From an uncultured Solirubrobacterales bacterium (GTDB lineage Bacteria > Actinomycetota > Thermoleophilia > Solirubrobacterales > 70-9), in the NCBI GenBank assembly GCA_963695885.1, contig CAVOIH010000032.1, forward strand, positions 31,188-95,187: a stretch of 64,000 bases of DNA, given 5' to 3'. This document shows, one piece after another, positions 54,609 through 62,935 of this stretch (positions are counted from its first letter, which is position 1; each line of letters starts with the position of its first letter). The notes below the pieces were generated by a model. The model was not told the DNA's origin and did no database searches. It saw only the letters and a list, made by a program, of their open reading frames with translations. The translations under genes and the position numbers were made by a program.

Positions 54609-55793
54609 ATGAACGGAAGTGAACTAGGTACAATCGAACGGCTTTCCCGTACTGATGTCCGGCCGTTTCGTGTCCGTATCTCGGAGGCTCTCTCATACTG
54701 GACCGTCGTGGACTCGAAGTTCCGGCCGGTCACCGAAGCTGATCGATTCTTACAAGAGTCGCGCTTTGGGCGGGATCGTGCTGAAAGGACGACTCAGATA
54801 TACGCCGGAGACCTTTGCCTGTATTTCAACTGGCTGACTAGAAAAGGTCTAGATCTAGAGTCTGGACCTTCAGATCTCGGCCGGTTTGTTTTGGAGCTTC
54901 GTACGCAACCGATTGAGGCCGGAAAGAACCGTGGACACCCGCGATCGGCTGAGCGAATAAACGCGATTCTCTCGGTAGTCCGAAGCTTCTACAAGTTTGC
55001 CGTTGCTCACGATCTCGTCGGGGGGCAGGTCTTGAGCAAACTGTTTGAGGTTGGCGATAATCGGTGGCTTCCTGCGGAGCTCAAACCCGATGGACACGGT
55101 TTGCGTTATCGGGCTGCCCCTCGCCATGTCCTGCACGGCAGCCGTAACAAGACCCCGCGCGTGGCCTCTCCCGAGGAGTTCCACGCCCTGGTCGAAGCTT
55201 CCGAGCATTGGCGGGATAGGTTCTTGCTGGCGCTCTTGTGGTTCGGGGGTCTCCGCGTCGGCCAGGCACTTGGCCTGAGACGGGAAGACCTTCACTTTGC
55301 GTCTGATTCAACGGTGCTGGGCTGCCAAACCGAGGGTCCTCATATCCACATCCGAAAACGTGACAATGTGAACCGGGCCGATTCGAAGCGGCGAAAAGAA
55401 TTCGGGATACCGGCCCATCACTACATTTTGGGGTTTTACGAGCGTTACCTCGAAGAACGAGCCGAGGTGAAGAAGGCTGAGGCTTCCGACTTCGTCTTCG
55501 TAAATCTCTTCGCCGCTCCGCTCGGAGAACCGATGAAGCCGGATGGGGCGAATCGCATCTTCACGACCCTCTCCAAGCGTGCCGGTATTGAACCTGCGAT
55601 TACCCCCCACGCTTTTCGACATGCTGCCGGGACCAGGTGGGCCGAGAGCGGGGGGCTAGACGTAGCCCAAGCCCTGCTTGGCCATAGCTCGATTCAGAGT
55701 ACCCAGATCTACAACCACATCCGTGGAGAAAGGCTCCGGGATGCGGTGGATGCTGTAACGCCGGGCAGCCAACCCACGACGGAGAACCATTGA
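54609..55793 (+). CDS. Tyrosine recombinase/integrase (TnpA-like, smaller of pair)
   Basis: 394 aa. SAM-like N-domain; catalytic GLRVGQALGLRRED (R), HAFRHAAGT (HxxR), LGHSSIQSTQIYNH (H...Y). Confidence 0.85.
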   Translation: MNGSELGTIERLSRTDVRPFRVRISEALSYWTVVDSKFRPVTEADRFLQESRFGRDRAERTTQIYAGDLCLYFNWLTRKGLDLESGPSDLGRFVLELRTQPIEAGKNRGHPRSAERINAILSVVRSFYKFAVAHDLVGGQVLSKLFEVGDNRWLPAELKPDGHGLRYRAAPRHVLHGSRNKTPRVASPEEFHALVEASEHWRDRFLLALLWFGGLRVGQALGLRREDLHFASDSTVLGCQTEGPHIHIRKRDNVNRADSKRRKEFGIPAHHYILGFYERYLEERAEVKKAEASDFVFVNLFAAPLGEPMKPDGANRIFTTLSKRAGIEPAITPHAFRHAAGTRWAESGGLDVAQALLGHSSIQSTQIYNHIRGERLRDAVDAVTPGSQPTTENH

Positions 55794-58279
55794 CCGTGCC
55801 AGCGACCAGCCAGCTTCCGAATCTCCATTCCGGGCCAAGTGAGCTGGAATTGTTGCGAACCGAGATTGATTGGCGCCTGCTCAAAAAGCATGGCTGGAAT
55901 CAGAAGAACCTGCACTTCGAACCGGCTCAGAATGACACCTATTTCGGTTACGAGTTTTGCGATGTCCCGGACTGCGAGATGGCATCCTTCAAAGCAGGCC
56001 TTTGCACCGCATGCCATCGTCGCTTCGACAAAGTTGGAGGTACCCGGAACGCGTTCTTGAGAATTCCCCGCCCACCTGCCGATTTGAACGACAATGGGCC
56101 GGATCTCTGTCTCGTTTGTCGAACCCCAGGGCACGAACGTCCTTCATCGGGCCCCAGCGGCCTTTGTTCTAACTGCGAGGGCAAACGTCGCTGGCGAGAT
56201 CAAAGCGTAGAAGCTTTCGTCAGTGGTGACAATCATTGGGAGCCTGCCTCGCCGCTGCCCGGCCACGGGTTGTGTACGCGCCTTGGCTGCTCGCGTCGGG
56301 CCGCTACTCGCAGTAACCGCCTTTGTACGCGCTGCCGTGAGGAGTGGCGATTCGCAGGGCATCCGGAGCTAGCCAAGTGGCGATCGTCAGCCCCACCTAT
56401 GGTTTTCGGTGGAGGTCGCTTTGTTGATCTCTCGCCCCTTACCGAAAGGATCAGACTAGAGCTGCTCCTAGGAATTCAAACCAGTGCGATGGATGAAGTG
56501 CTTCTTAGCTGCAACACGATCCAGCAACTAGCGGGTCGTGCCCTTCGATCCAAGATGGATTCTCTGCTCGAGTTCAGTATGGAGCGCGGCAATGGCAGTG
56601 ACCGACTCTTTCTCAACCGGACCCAGCAGGCGATAAGGATCGTCTTCGTTGATCCTGACGAGGAACTTGAACGCGATGTCTGGGATCTGAGGATGCTCGG
56701 TTTCCCCAGCGGCAGCGGACGTCGACGCCGCCTTGACTTCTCGCCGATCAGTCAAGACTGGCTTCGAGAAGCTGCCAAGGAATGGGCAAAGGAGAACATC
56801 GCTCGGAGTGTCGGTAGAACAGGTGAGATCCTGGGCTCGGTCAGGCGACTGTCGGCACATCTAAAGGCCCGGCCCGACAAGGGCGAAGTCGTCTCGGCGC
56901 TCCAAAGGACCGACATCGCAGCCTTGCTCAGGCGGCTTGCGCGAATGGAGTCGGTGGGAAAACTGTCCCCGGCTTCTCGCCGATCGATCGTTTATGATTT
57001 GCGCTTCTTTCTGCGTAGCTCCCGCGAGCTAGGGCTTGCAGACCGGGCAGCCCCCTTGGAGGGACTTGCAGACAACTTCTCGATTGTGAGAGAAGACATA
57101 CCTGCGGCCTGGCGATCAGCCGAGACAGGCTCAGACAAGTCCTTGCCCCAAACGGTGATGGATCAACTCTTGAGCGAGAGCGCACAAGCACAGCTGCTTG
57201 AGGTCGAAGGCGCTGAAGTTCGTGATCTGATCTTGCTTCAGATCTGGATCGGACGACGGCCCGGCGAAACCTGTTCCCTTGAACTGGATTGTCTGGAATA
57301 CGGATCAAGCGGCGACCCTGCCCTCCTGTATGACGCCGGCAAGCAAAGGCTCCGAAGGATTCGCGTGCCGATCCATCGCGAACCGGCCGAAATCATCGAG
57401 CGTCAAGCCAAACGCATCACCGAGCGCTTTCCAGATACTCCCCGCTCGGAGCTGGCCCTGTTTCCAGCTAGATCGAGGAATCCTCGTGGTATCCGATCAA
57501 TACCCGTGACCCAGATGGCAAACCTGATTCGAGATTGGGTAGATCGGCTTGAGATCAAAGGGCAGAGCGGATCCGACTATTCCAAGGATCGCATCACCGC
57601 GTACGCTTTTCGGCATACGTTCGCCCAGCGCCACGCTGACAAAGGAACACCGGTTGACGTGCTTTCGGCCTTGCTGGCCCACGAGAACCTTTCCTCCACG
57701 CAGCACTACTATCACGTGCCCGAGAAGCGCAAGCGAATGGCAACCGCCCTCGTTTCTCCAATGACCATGAACAATGCGGGCGAAGTTGTAGGTGGCGACG
57801 AAGTGCTTGACGCCATGTTGGCCCGGCGTGAAATTGGTCGGATCCCGGTGCCCCTGGGATGGTGCACCGAAAAGTCAAATGTCGCAGCACACGGCAGCTC
57901 TTGGCCCTACAGGTACCGATGCTTGGGCTGCAGCCATTTCCGGACCGACCCCTCCCATTTAGAGGACCTCCAGAATCACCTGCGGAGGCTCTTGGCCGCT
58001 GATGAAGAACTCGGCGCCAAACTACCTGGGCTTGCCGACTGGGCAAAAGATGATGCGCTTTTATCTCAGGGCGAGATCAAGGCGGTGCGTGAGCTGGTCC
58101 GCGCCAACGAGCGCCTGTTGGAAAAGCTGCCAGAGGAGGATCGTGAGACGGTAGAAGAAGCGATTGCGACGATGCGAAAGCTCAGAGCGCAGGCAGACCT
58201 GAACATTCCGGAAACGGACGCCCTTCAGGTGAGGATCGTTTCCCCGACAACTAATCCGGCGGTAGAGAACGATGGCTGA
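55790..58279 (+). CDS. Large tyrosine recombinase (TnpB-like) with three N-terminal Cys4 zinc-ribbon-like modules
   Basis: 829 aa, 4-nt overlap with the upstream recombinase. AFRHTFAQRHADKG (HxxR), LAHENLSSTQHYYH (H...Y). Cys at residues 57/62/72/75, 107/110/126/129 and 162/167/179/182. Confidence 0.8.
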   Translation: MTVPATSQLPNLHSGPSELELLRTEIDWRLLKKHGWNQKNLHFEPAQNDTYFGYEFCDVPDCEMASFKAGLCTACHRRFDKVGGTRNAFLRIPRPPADLNDNGPDLCLVCRTPGHERPSSGPSGLCSNCEGKRRWRDQSVEAFVSGDNHWEPASPLPGHGLCTRLGCSRRAATRSNRLCTRCREEWRFAGHPELAKWRSSAPPMVFGGGRFVDLSPLTERIRLELLLGIQTSAMDEVLLSCNTIQQLAGRALRSKMDSLLEFSMERGNGSDRLFLNRTQQAIRIVFVDPDEELERDVWDLRMLGFPSGSGRRRRLDFSPISQDWLREAAKEWAKENIARSVGRTGEILGSVRRLSAHLKARPDKGEVVSALQRTDIAALLRRLARMESVGKLSPASRRSIVYDLRFFLRSSRELGLADRAAPLEGLADNFSIVREDIPAAWRSAETGSDKSLPQTVMDQLLSESAQAQLLEVEGAEVRDLILLQIWIGRRPGETCSLELDCLEYGSSGDPALLYDAGKQRLRRIRVPIHREPAEIIERQAKRITERFPDTPRSELALFPARSRNPRGIRSIPVTQMANLIRDWVDRLEIKGQSGSDYSKDRITAYAFRHTFAQRHADKGTPVDVLSALLAHENLSSTQHYYHVPEKRKRMATALVSPMTMNNAGEVVGGDEVLDAMLARREIGRIPVPLGWCTEKSNVAAHGSSWPYRYRCLGCSHFRTDPSHLEDLQNHLRRLLAADEELGAKLPGLADWAKDDALLSQGEIKAVRELVRANERLLEKLPEEDRETVEEAIATMRKLRAQADLNIPETDALQVRIVSPTTNPAVENDG

Positions 58280-58841
58280 AACAGAACGCACGAGAGCTAT
58301 GCGCGAAACTCGCAGGCTCTCAAGCAAACAGAAGCGCGGGCAGGTAATGGCGGCCTTGAAAGCAATGCTCGAGCGCGGCGAGGAAGTGTCGATCTCGGCT
58401 CTGGCCAGGCGAGCTGGTGTCGGACGCACGTTCATCTACGAAAACCCCGATCTCAGAGCTGAGATCGAACTCCATATTCGCGAGTCACAGGAGCAAGCGG
58501 CCGCCGGCATGATGGCGAGTGCTCGGGTTAGCTCTGCTTCGCTTCGGGCGGAGCTTGAAAACTACAAAGCAATAAATCGCCGACAAAAGGGTGAAATAAG
58601 TGCGCTAAGAGCCCGACTTAGTGAGCTGATGGGGGAGAAGCTGATGGAAGATATGCCTGAGGTCAGCTTCGGGGCATTTGATCAGAAAGCTGATGCCGAA
58701 TTGACAAAGCTCGAAGGCGACAAGTTCCGACTCGAAGAACGTGTCGCGGTTTTGGAAGAAGAGCTTGAGGCGGCGCGTGAGGTGAATCGAAAGTTGATGG
58801 GAAGGCTGAACCGGGAAGGCAGTGATGCTCGAACTATCTAA
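58272..58841 (+). CDS. DUF6262-like HTH plus coiled-coil protein (TnpC-position gene)
   Basis: 189 aa, 8-nt overlap with the upstream gene. VSISALARRAGVGRTFIYENPDLRAEIE matches my recollection of DUF6262 proteins that follow recombinase pairs. Long heptad-like C-terminus. Confidence 0.55.
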   Translation: MAETERTRAMRETRRLSSKQKRGQVMAALKAMLERGEEVSISALARRAGVGRTFIYENPDLRAEIELHIRESQEQAAAGMMASARVSSASLRAELENYKAINRRQKGEISALRARLSELMGEKLMEDMPEVSFGAFDQKADAELTKLEGDKFRLEERVAVLEEELEAAREVNRKLMGRLNREGSDARTI

Positions 58842-60042
58842 ATCACAAACCCCAGGCTGGCCACCTGCCCCGGCCGCCGAGGTATTCCACGGACCGGCGG
58901 GTGAGTTCGTCGAGCTCACTGAACCTCACACCGAGGCCGACCCGATGGCGCTGCTCGCCCAGTTCCTGATTGCTTTTGGGGTCGCTGCCGGCCGAAATTG
59001 CTACTACGCGGTAGAGGCAACACGACATTATCCCAACGAGTTCTGTGTCCTCGTAGGGCCTTCCAGCAAGGGTCGCAAGGGTTCCTCCTGGGAGCACGTC
59101 GAGCAAATGATGGCTACCTCTGACCCGGAGTTCGTTGACGAATGTCTGGCTATGGGGCTTTCCTCGGGCGAGGGTCTGATCGCTGAAGTTCGTGATGGCA
59201 AAGAAGACGAAGCTGATAAACGGGTGCTTGTTTTGGAGCAGGAGTTCGCCCAGGTCATGAAGGTTCTGGCTCGGGAGGGGAACACCCTGTCTCCCGTGGT
59301 TCGCCAGGCATGGGACGGCAAGACATTGCAAACGATGGCCAAGAATTCCCCAATGCGTGCGACCAATGCCCACATCGCCCTGGTCGGACACATCACAAAG
59401 GATGAGTTGCTTCGCTACTTGGGAGCAACTGAACTCGCCAACGGCTTTTTCAACCGCTTTCTTGTGATCGCGGTACAGAGGTCGAAGGAACTGCCATTCG
59501 GAGGCCAGTTGGACGGAGAGGACCTGACGAGAATTCAAAGCGACCTTGGTACGGCGCTGGAGTTTTCCTCCCACCCGAGGAAGATCGACTTCGACCATGA
59601 GGCATCTGACTTTTGGGTCTCTACCTACAGCGAACTGTCGAAGGGTGGTACCGGTCTACTTGGGGCTGCGACTGCTCGATCCGAAGCGCACTGTGTCCGT
59701 TTGGCGCTGATCTACGCACTGCTCGACCGGTCCGAGGCCATCGGCCTAGGTCACCTCGAAGCAGCCTTGGCCTTCTGGAAGTACGCCGCCGATAGCGCCC
59801 GATGGATCTTCGGAGAGAGCTTTGGCGATCCAACCGCTGATGACATCTGGGCCCTGGCCCGGGAGCGAACCGGGGGAGTATCCCGCACAGAAGTACGCGA
59901 TCTTTTCTCTCGCAACAAGAAGTCCCGGGAGATCGACCGAGCTTTGACCGTCCTGGTTGAGTCCGGCCGACTCGAACGGAGGGAACATTCAGACGGCAAG
60001 GGACGACCGACTGAGATCTGGATGCCAAGCAATGCTGCATAG
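58822..60042 (+). CDS. DUF3987-like P-loop protein (mobile-element helicase/primase-associated type)
   Basis: 406 aa, 20-nt overlap with the upstream gene. VLVGPSSKGRKGSSWE Walker-A-like loop. Overall layout resembles DUF3987 (from memory). Confidence 0.45.
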   Translation: MMLELSKSQTPGWPPAPAAEVFHGPAGEFVELTEPHTEADPMALLAQFLIAFGVAAGRNCYYAVEATRHYPNEFCVLVGPSSKGRKGSSWEHVEQMMATSDPEFVDECLAMGLSSGEGLIAEVRDGKEDEADKRVLVLEQEFAQVMKVLAREGNTLSPVVRQAWDGKTLQTMAKNSPMRATNAHIALVGHITKDELLRYLGATELANGFFNRFLVIAVQRSKELPFGGQLDGEDLTRIQSDLGTALEFSSHPRKIDFDHEASDFWVSTYSELSKGGTGLLGAATARSEAHCVRLALIYALLDRSEAIGLGHLEAALAFWKYAADSARWIFGESFGDPTADDIWALARERTGGVSRTEVRDLFSRNKKSREIDRALTVLVESGRLERREHSDGKGRPTEIWMPSNAA

Positions 60043-60188
60043 TAGATCTTCAATTTGTCGTTTTTGTCGTGAATCGTTAGCGCGTCCTGACTTTGGGGAT
60101 GCATGTTTCCAGTCCTCACGTCCCGGACAGTTGTTCGTGACGCCAAATACTGCTTATTAGCAGGCAAAACACTAGGAGAAATAGCCAA

Positions 60189-60653
60189 ATGGCCGAAAAT
60201 ATCAACAGAGTCACCATCACCGGCAACCTGACCGCCGACCCCGAACTGCGCCATACCCCGAGTGGCACCGCCGTGTGCCAGCTTCGTGTGGCGGTGAACG
60301 GCCGCCGGAAGGACCAGGGCGGCCAGTGGGTCGACAAGCCCAACTACTTCAACGTGACCGTCTGGGGCGCCCAGGGCGAGAACTGCAAGAACTACCTTTC
60401 GAAGGGCCGACCGGTCGCGGTCAACGGCCGCCTCGACTGGCGCGAGTGGGAAGCCAAGGACGGGTCCGGCAAGCGGCAGTCGGTCGAGATCGTCGCCGAC
60501 ACGGTCCAGTTCCTCGGATCCCGTGACGGTTCGGCCCCGGGCGGCAACGGCAACGGTGGCGGATTCACGCCGGCCTCCGACGTCCCGGCCGACACGGGTG
60601 ACTTCGCGGCGGCTCCGGGTGGCGGTGGCGCCGATGACGACATTCCTTTCTAG
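60189..60653 (+). CDS. ssb: Single-stranded DNA-binding protein
   Basis: 154 aa. OB fold NRVTITGNLTADPELRHTPSG...FNVTVWG, glycine-rich linker, canonical acidic tip DDDIPF. The first 7 codons are AT-rich at the third position, unlike the rest of the gene. Confidence 0.9.
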   Translation: MAENINRVTITGNLTADPELRHTPSGTAVCQLRVAVNGRRKDQGGQWVDKPNYFNVTVWGAQGENCKNYLSKGRPVAVNGRLDWREWEAKDGSGKRQSVEIVADTVQFLGSRDGSAPGGNGNGGGFTPASDVPADTGDFAAAPGGGGADDDIPF

Positions 60654-60794
60654 CGCCGCGCCCGCAGCGGACTTTTGCGGCCAATCCGGCGGCCAAGCCC
60701 CTGTGGCTGCCGGAAACCGGCTCGAACCGTTAGGATCACGAGTCCGTCAGTGCCCGGTCGTCCGGGCTGGAACTATGTAAGGCACCGAAAAACT

Positions 60795-61055
60795 TTGGCT
60801 AAGACAAGAGAAGCAGGATCATCGCGAAAAGGGCGCCGCTACAGCGAGCGGGTCCGCCCGCGCAAGTACACGAAGATCACCGCCGAGGACATCGACTTCA
60901 AGGACCTGACGCTCCTGCGCCGGTTCATCTCGGACAAGGGCAAGACCCGGTCCCGCCGGGTGACCGGGCTGTCCCGCAAGCACCAGGCCCAGCTGGGCGT
61001 GGCCGTCAAGCGCGCCCGCGAAGTGGCCCTCCTCCCGTACGTGGGTGAGCGGTAA
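60795..61055 (+). CDS. rpsR: 30S ribosomal protein S18
   Basis: TTG at 60795 inside track ORF 60675-61055. ...[50 protein letters not shown]. Confidence 0.85.
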   Translation: MAKTREAGSSRKGRRYSERVRPRKYTKITAEDIDFKDLTLLRRFISDKGKTRSRRVTGLSRKHQAQLGVAVKRAREVALLPYVGER

Positions 61056-61507
61056 TGGCCCAGGCCATCCTCCTGGCCGACGTCGAAGGGCTCGGTGAGA
61101 ACGGGACCGCCGTCGAGGTTTCCCCGGGATACCTCCGCAACTTCCTCCAGCCCCGCGGCCTGGCCCAGCCGGCTACCCCGGGCGCCCTCGAAGAGGCGAT
61201 CCGCCGGAAGGTTCAGGCCGAGAAGGCCGAGCGCGAGGCAATCGCCCGCGCCGCCGAGTCGGCGTCGCTGCTTTCCAAGACCGTCCTGACGATCAACCAC
61301 CGCGCCGGCGAAGACGGCAAGCTCTACGGCTCGGTCACGACCAAGGAGATCGCCGAGGCGATCCGCGATGCCCGTGGCATCAAGGTCGACCGCAGGAAGA
61401 TCCGTCTCGACGTGCCGATCCATCAGGTCGGTACCTACATGATCGACGTCGAAGTAACGGGCGGCGCCACGGCTTCGGTCAAGACGATCGTCGCCGAAGA
61501 GAAATAA
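61055..61507 (+). CDS. rplI: 50S ribosomal protein L9
   Basis: 150 aa. ILLADVEGLGENGTAVEVSPGYLRNFL...GKLYGSVT. The ATG overlaps the rpsR stop. Confidence 0.9.
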   Translation: MAQAILLADVEGLGENGTAVEVSPGYLRNFLQPRGLAQPATPGALEEAIRRKVQAEKAEREAIARAAESASLLSKTVLTINHRAGEDGKLYGSVTTKEIAEAIRDARGIKVDRRKIRLDVPIHQVGTYMIDVEVTGGATASVKTIVAEEK

Positions 61508-61560
61508 GCGCCCAGGTACCACCGCAGAACATCGAAGCCGAGGAATCCGTCCTCGGCGCG

Positions 61561-62904
61561 ATGCTGGTCAGCGATCCCGCGGTCAACCGCGTAATCGACG
61601 ACGCCCGGCTGAAAGCCGGCGATTTCTACCTCGACCGCCACCGGCTGATCTATTCGGCAATGGTCGAGCTCTACAGCACCGACCAGCCCTGCGACGAGCT
61701 GACCGTGAACGAGGCCCTGACCTCGGCCGGGCAGATCGAAGAGGCGGGCGGCAAGAACTACGTCTCCGAGCTGGCGGCCAAAGTACCCGCTCCCGGTAAC
61801 GCCGGCCACTACGCGAAGATCGTCCAGGAGAACGCGCTGCTCCGGCGCCTGCTCGACACCAGCCACCAGATCGGCGCCTGGGTCGAGGAGCGCGAGGGCA
61901 GCGGCCACGAACTCTCCGAGCGCGCCGAGCAGCTGCTGTTCGAGGTCGCGCACAAGGAGCAGTCGGGCGACTTCCGGGTGGTGCGGCAGGTGATCGACGA
62001 CGAAGTGGACCGCCTCGAGCGGATCGCGTCCGGTGAGCTCAAGGAGACCGGGATCCCCTCCGGATTCAAGCACCTCGACGGGATGACCGGCGGGTTCCAG
62101 CCCTCGAACCTGATCATCGTCGCCGCCCGGCCCTCGGTCGGCAAAAGCGCCTTCGTCGCGAACATCGCCGAGCACGTGGCGGTCAACGAAGGGCTACCGG
62201 TCGCGTTCTTCTCGCTCGAAATGTCGGAGATCGAACTCGCCCAGCGATTCATCGCCTCCCAGTCCAAGGTGTACGGCGAGAACCTCCGCCGGGCGAAGAT
62301 CAGCTCGAAGGACTGGGGCAAGATCACGGCGGCCGGCAACCGCCTCGAGAACGCGCCCCTCTGGATCGACGTGACTTCGGACCTCGGCCTGCTCGACCTG
62401 AGGGCCAAGGCGCGCCGCCTCCACACCCAGGAACTGGACCGGGGCGGGCTCGGCATGATCATCGTCGACTACCTGCAGCTGATGCGCATGGACGAGTCGC
62501 GCTCGAGCATGGTCGAGCGGGTCGGTCAGATCAGCCGTGGGCTCAAGCTTCTCGCCAACGAGCTCGAAGTGCCGGTGCTCGCCCTTTCCCAGCTCAACCG
62601 CGCCAGCGAGAACCGGCCGGTGACGGATCGCCGGCCGATGCTCTCGGACCTCCGCGACTCAGGCAACATCGAGCAGGACGCCGACCTGGTCGCGTTTCTC
62701 TACCGCGAGGACGTCTACCGCAAGGAAGAGGAACGAGACGGCACCGCCGAGGTGATCATCGCCAAGCACCGGAACGGCCCGATCGGCAAGAGCCCCCTGA
62801 CCTTCCTGCCGCAGTATCCCAAGTTCGTGGAACGCGCGCCGGAGCACCCGACGGGCGAGGGCTCGCCGGCCGCCGTGCGGGCCCAGGAAGAGCAGTACGG
62901 ATGA
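61561..62904 (+). CDS. dnaB: Replicative DNA helicase DnaB (true start probably upstream near 61504, see findings)
   Basis: 447 aa from the first ATG. GFKHLDGMTGGFQPSNLIIVAARPSVGKSAF Walker A, IVDYLQLM, ALSQLNR. Confidence 0.9.
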   Translation: MLVSDPAVNRVIDDARLKAGDFYLDRHRLIYSAMVELYSTDQPCDELTVNEALTSAGQIEEAGGKNYVSELAAKVPAPGNAGHYAKIVQENALLRRLLDTSHQIGAWVEEREGSGHELSERAEQLLFEVAHKEQSGDFRVVRQVIDDEVDRLERIASGELKETGIPSGFKHLDGMTGGFQPSNLIIVAARPSVGKSAFVANIAEHVAVNEGLPVAFFSLEMSEIELAQRFIASQSKVYGENLRRAKISSKDWGKITAAGNRLENAPLWIDVTSDLGLLDLRAKARRLHTQELDRGGLGMIIVDYLQLMRMDESRSSMVERVGQISRGLKLLANELEVPVLALSQLNRASENRPVTDRRPMLSDLRDSGNIEQDADLVAFLYREDVYRKEEERDGTAEVIIAKHRNGPIGKSPLTFLPQYPKFVERAPEHPTGEGSPAAVRAQEEQYG

Positions 62905-62935
62905 ATCCGTCCGCGCTCCCGGCGAGTCTCTAGCG

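Larger units (their letters stand above)
49759..60188 (+). mobile_element. About 10.4 kb low-GC integrated element (Tn554-like recombinase module, nested IS630, cargo) inserted at the ssb start
   Basis: It interrupts the conserved rpsF-ssb-rpsR-rplI order and is flanked by the 18-nt ssb-start repeats. Hand GC counts of sampled 60-nt lines inside were 48-63%, versus about 78% for a line in hemC. All element genes are co-oriented with ssb. Confidence 0.7.
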
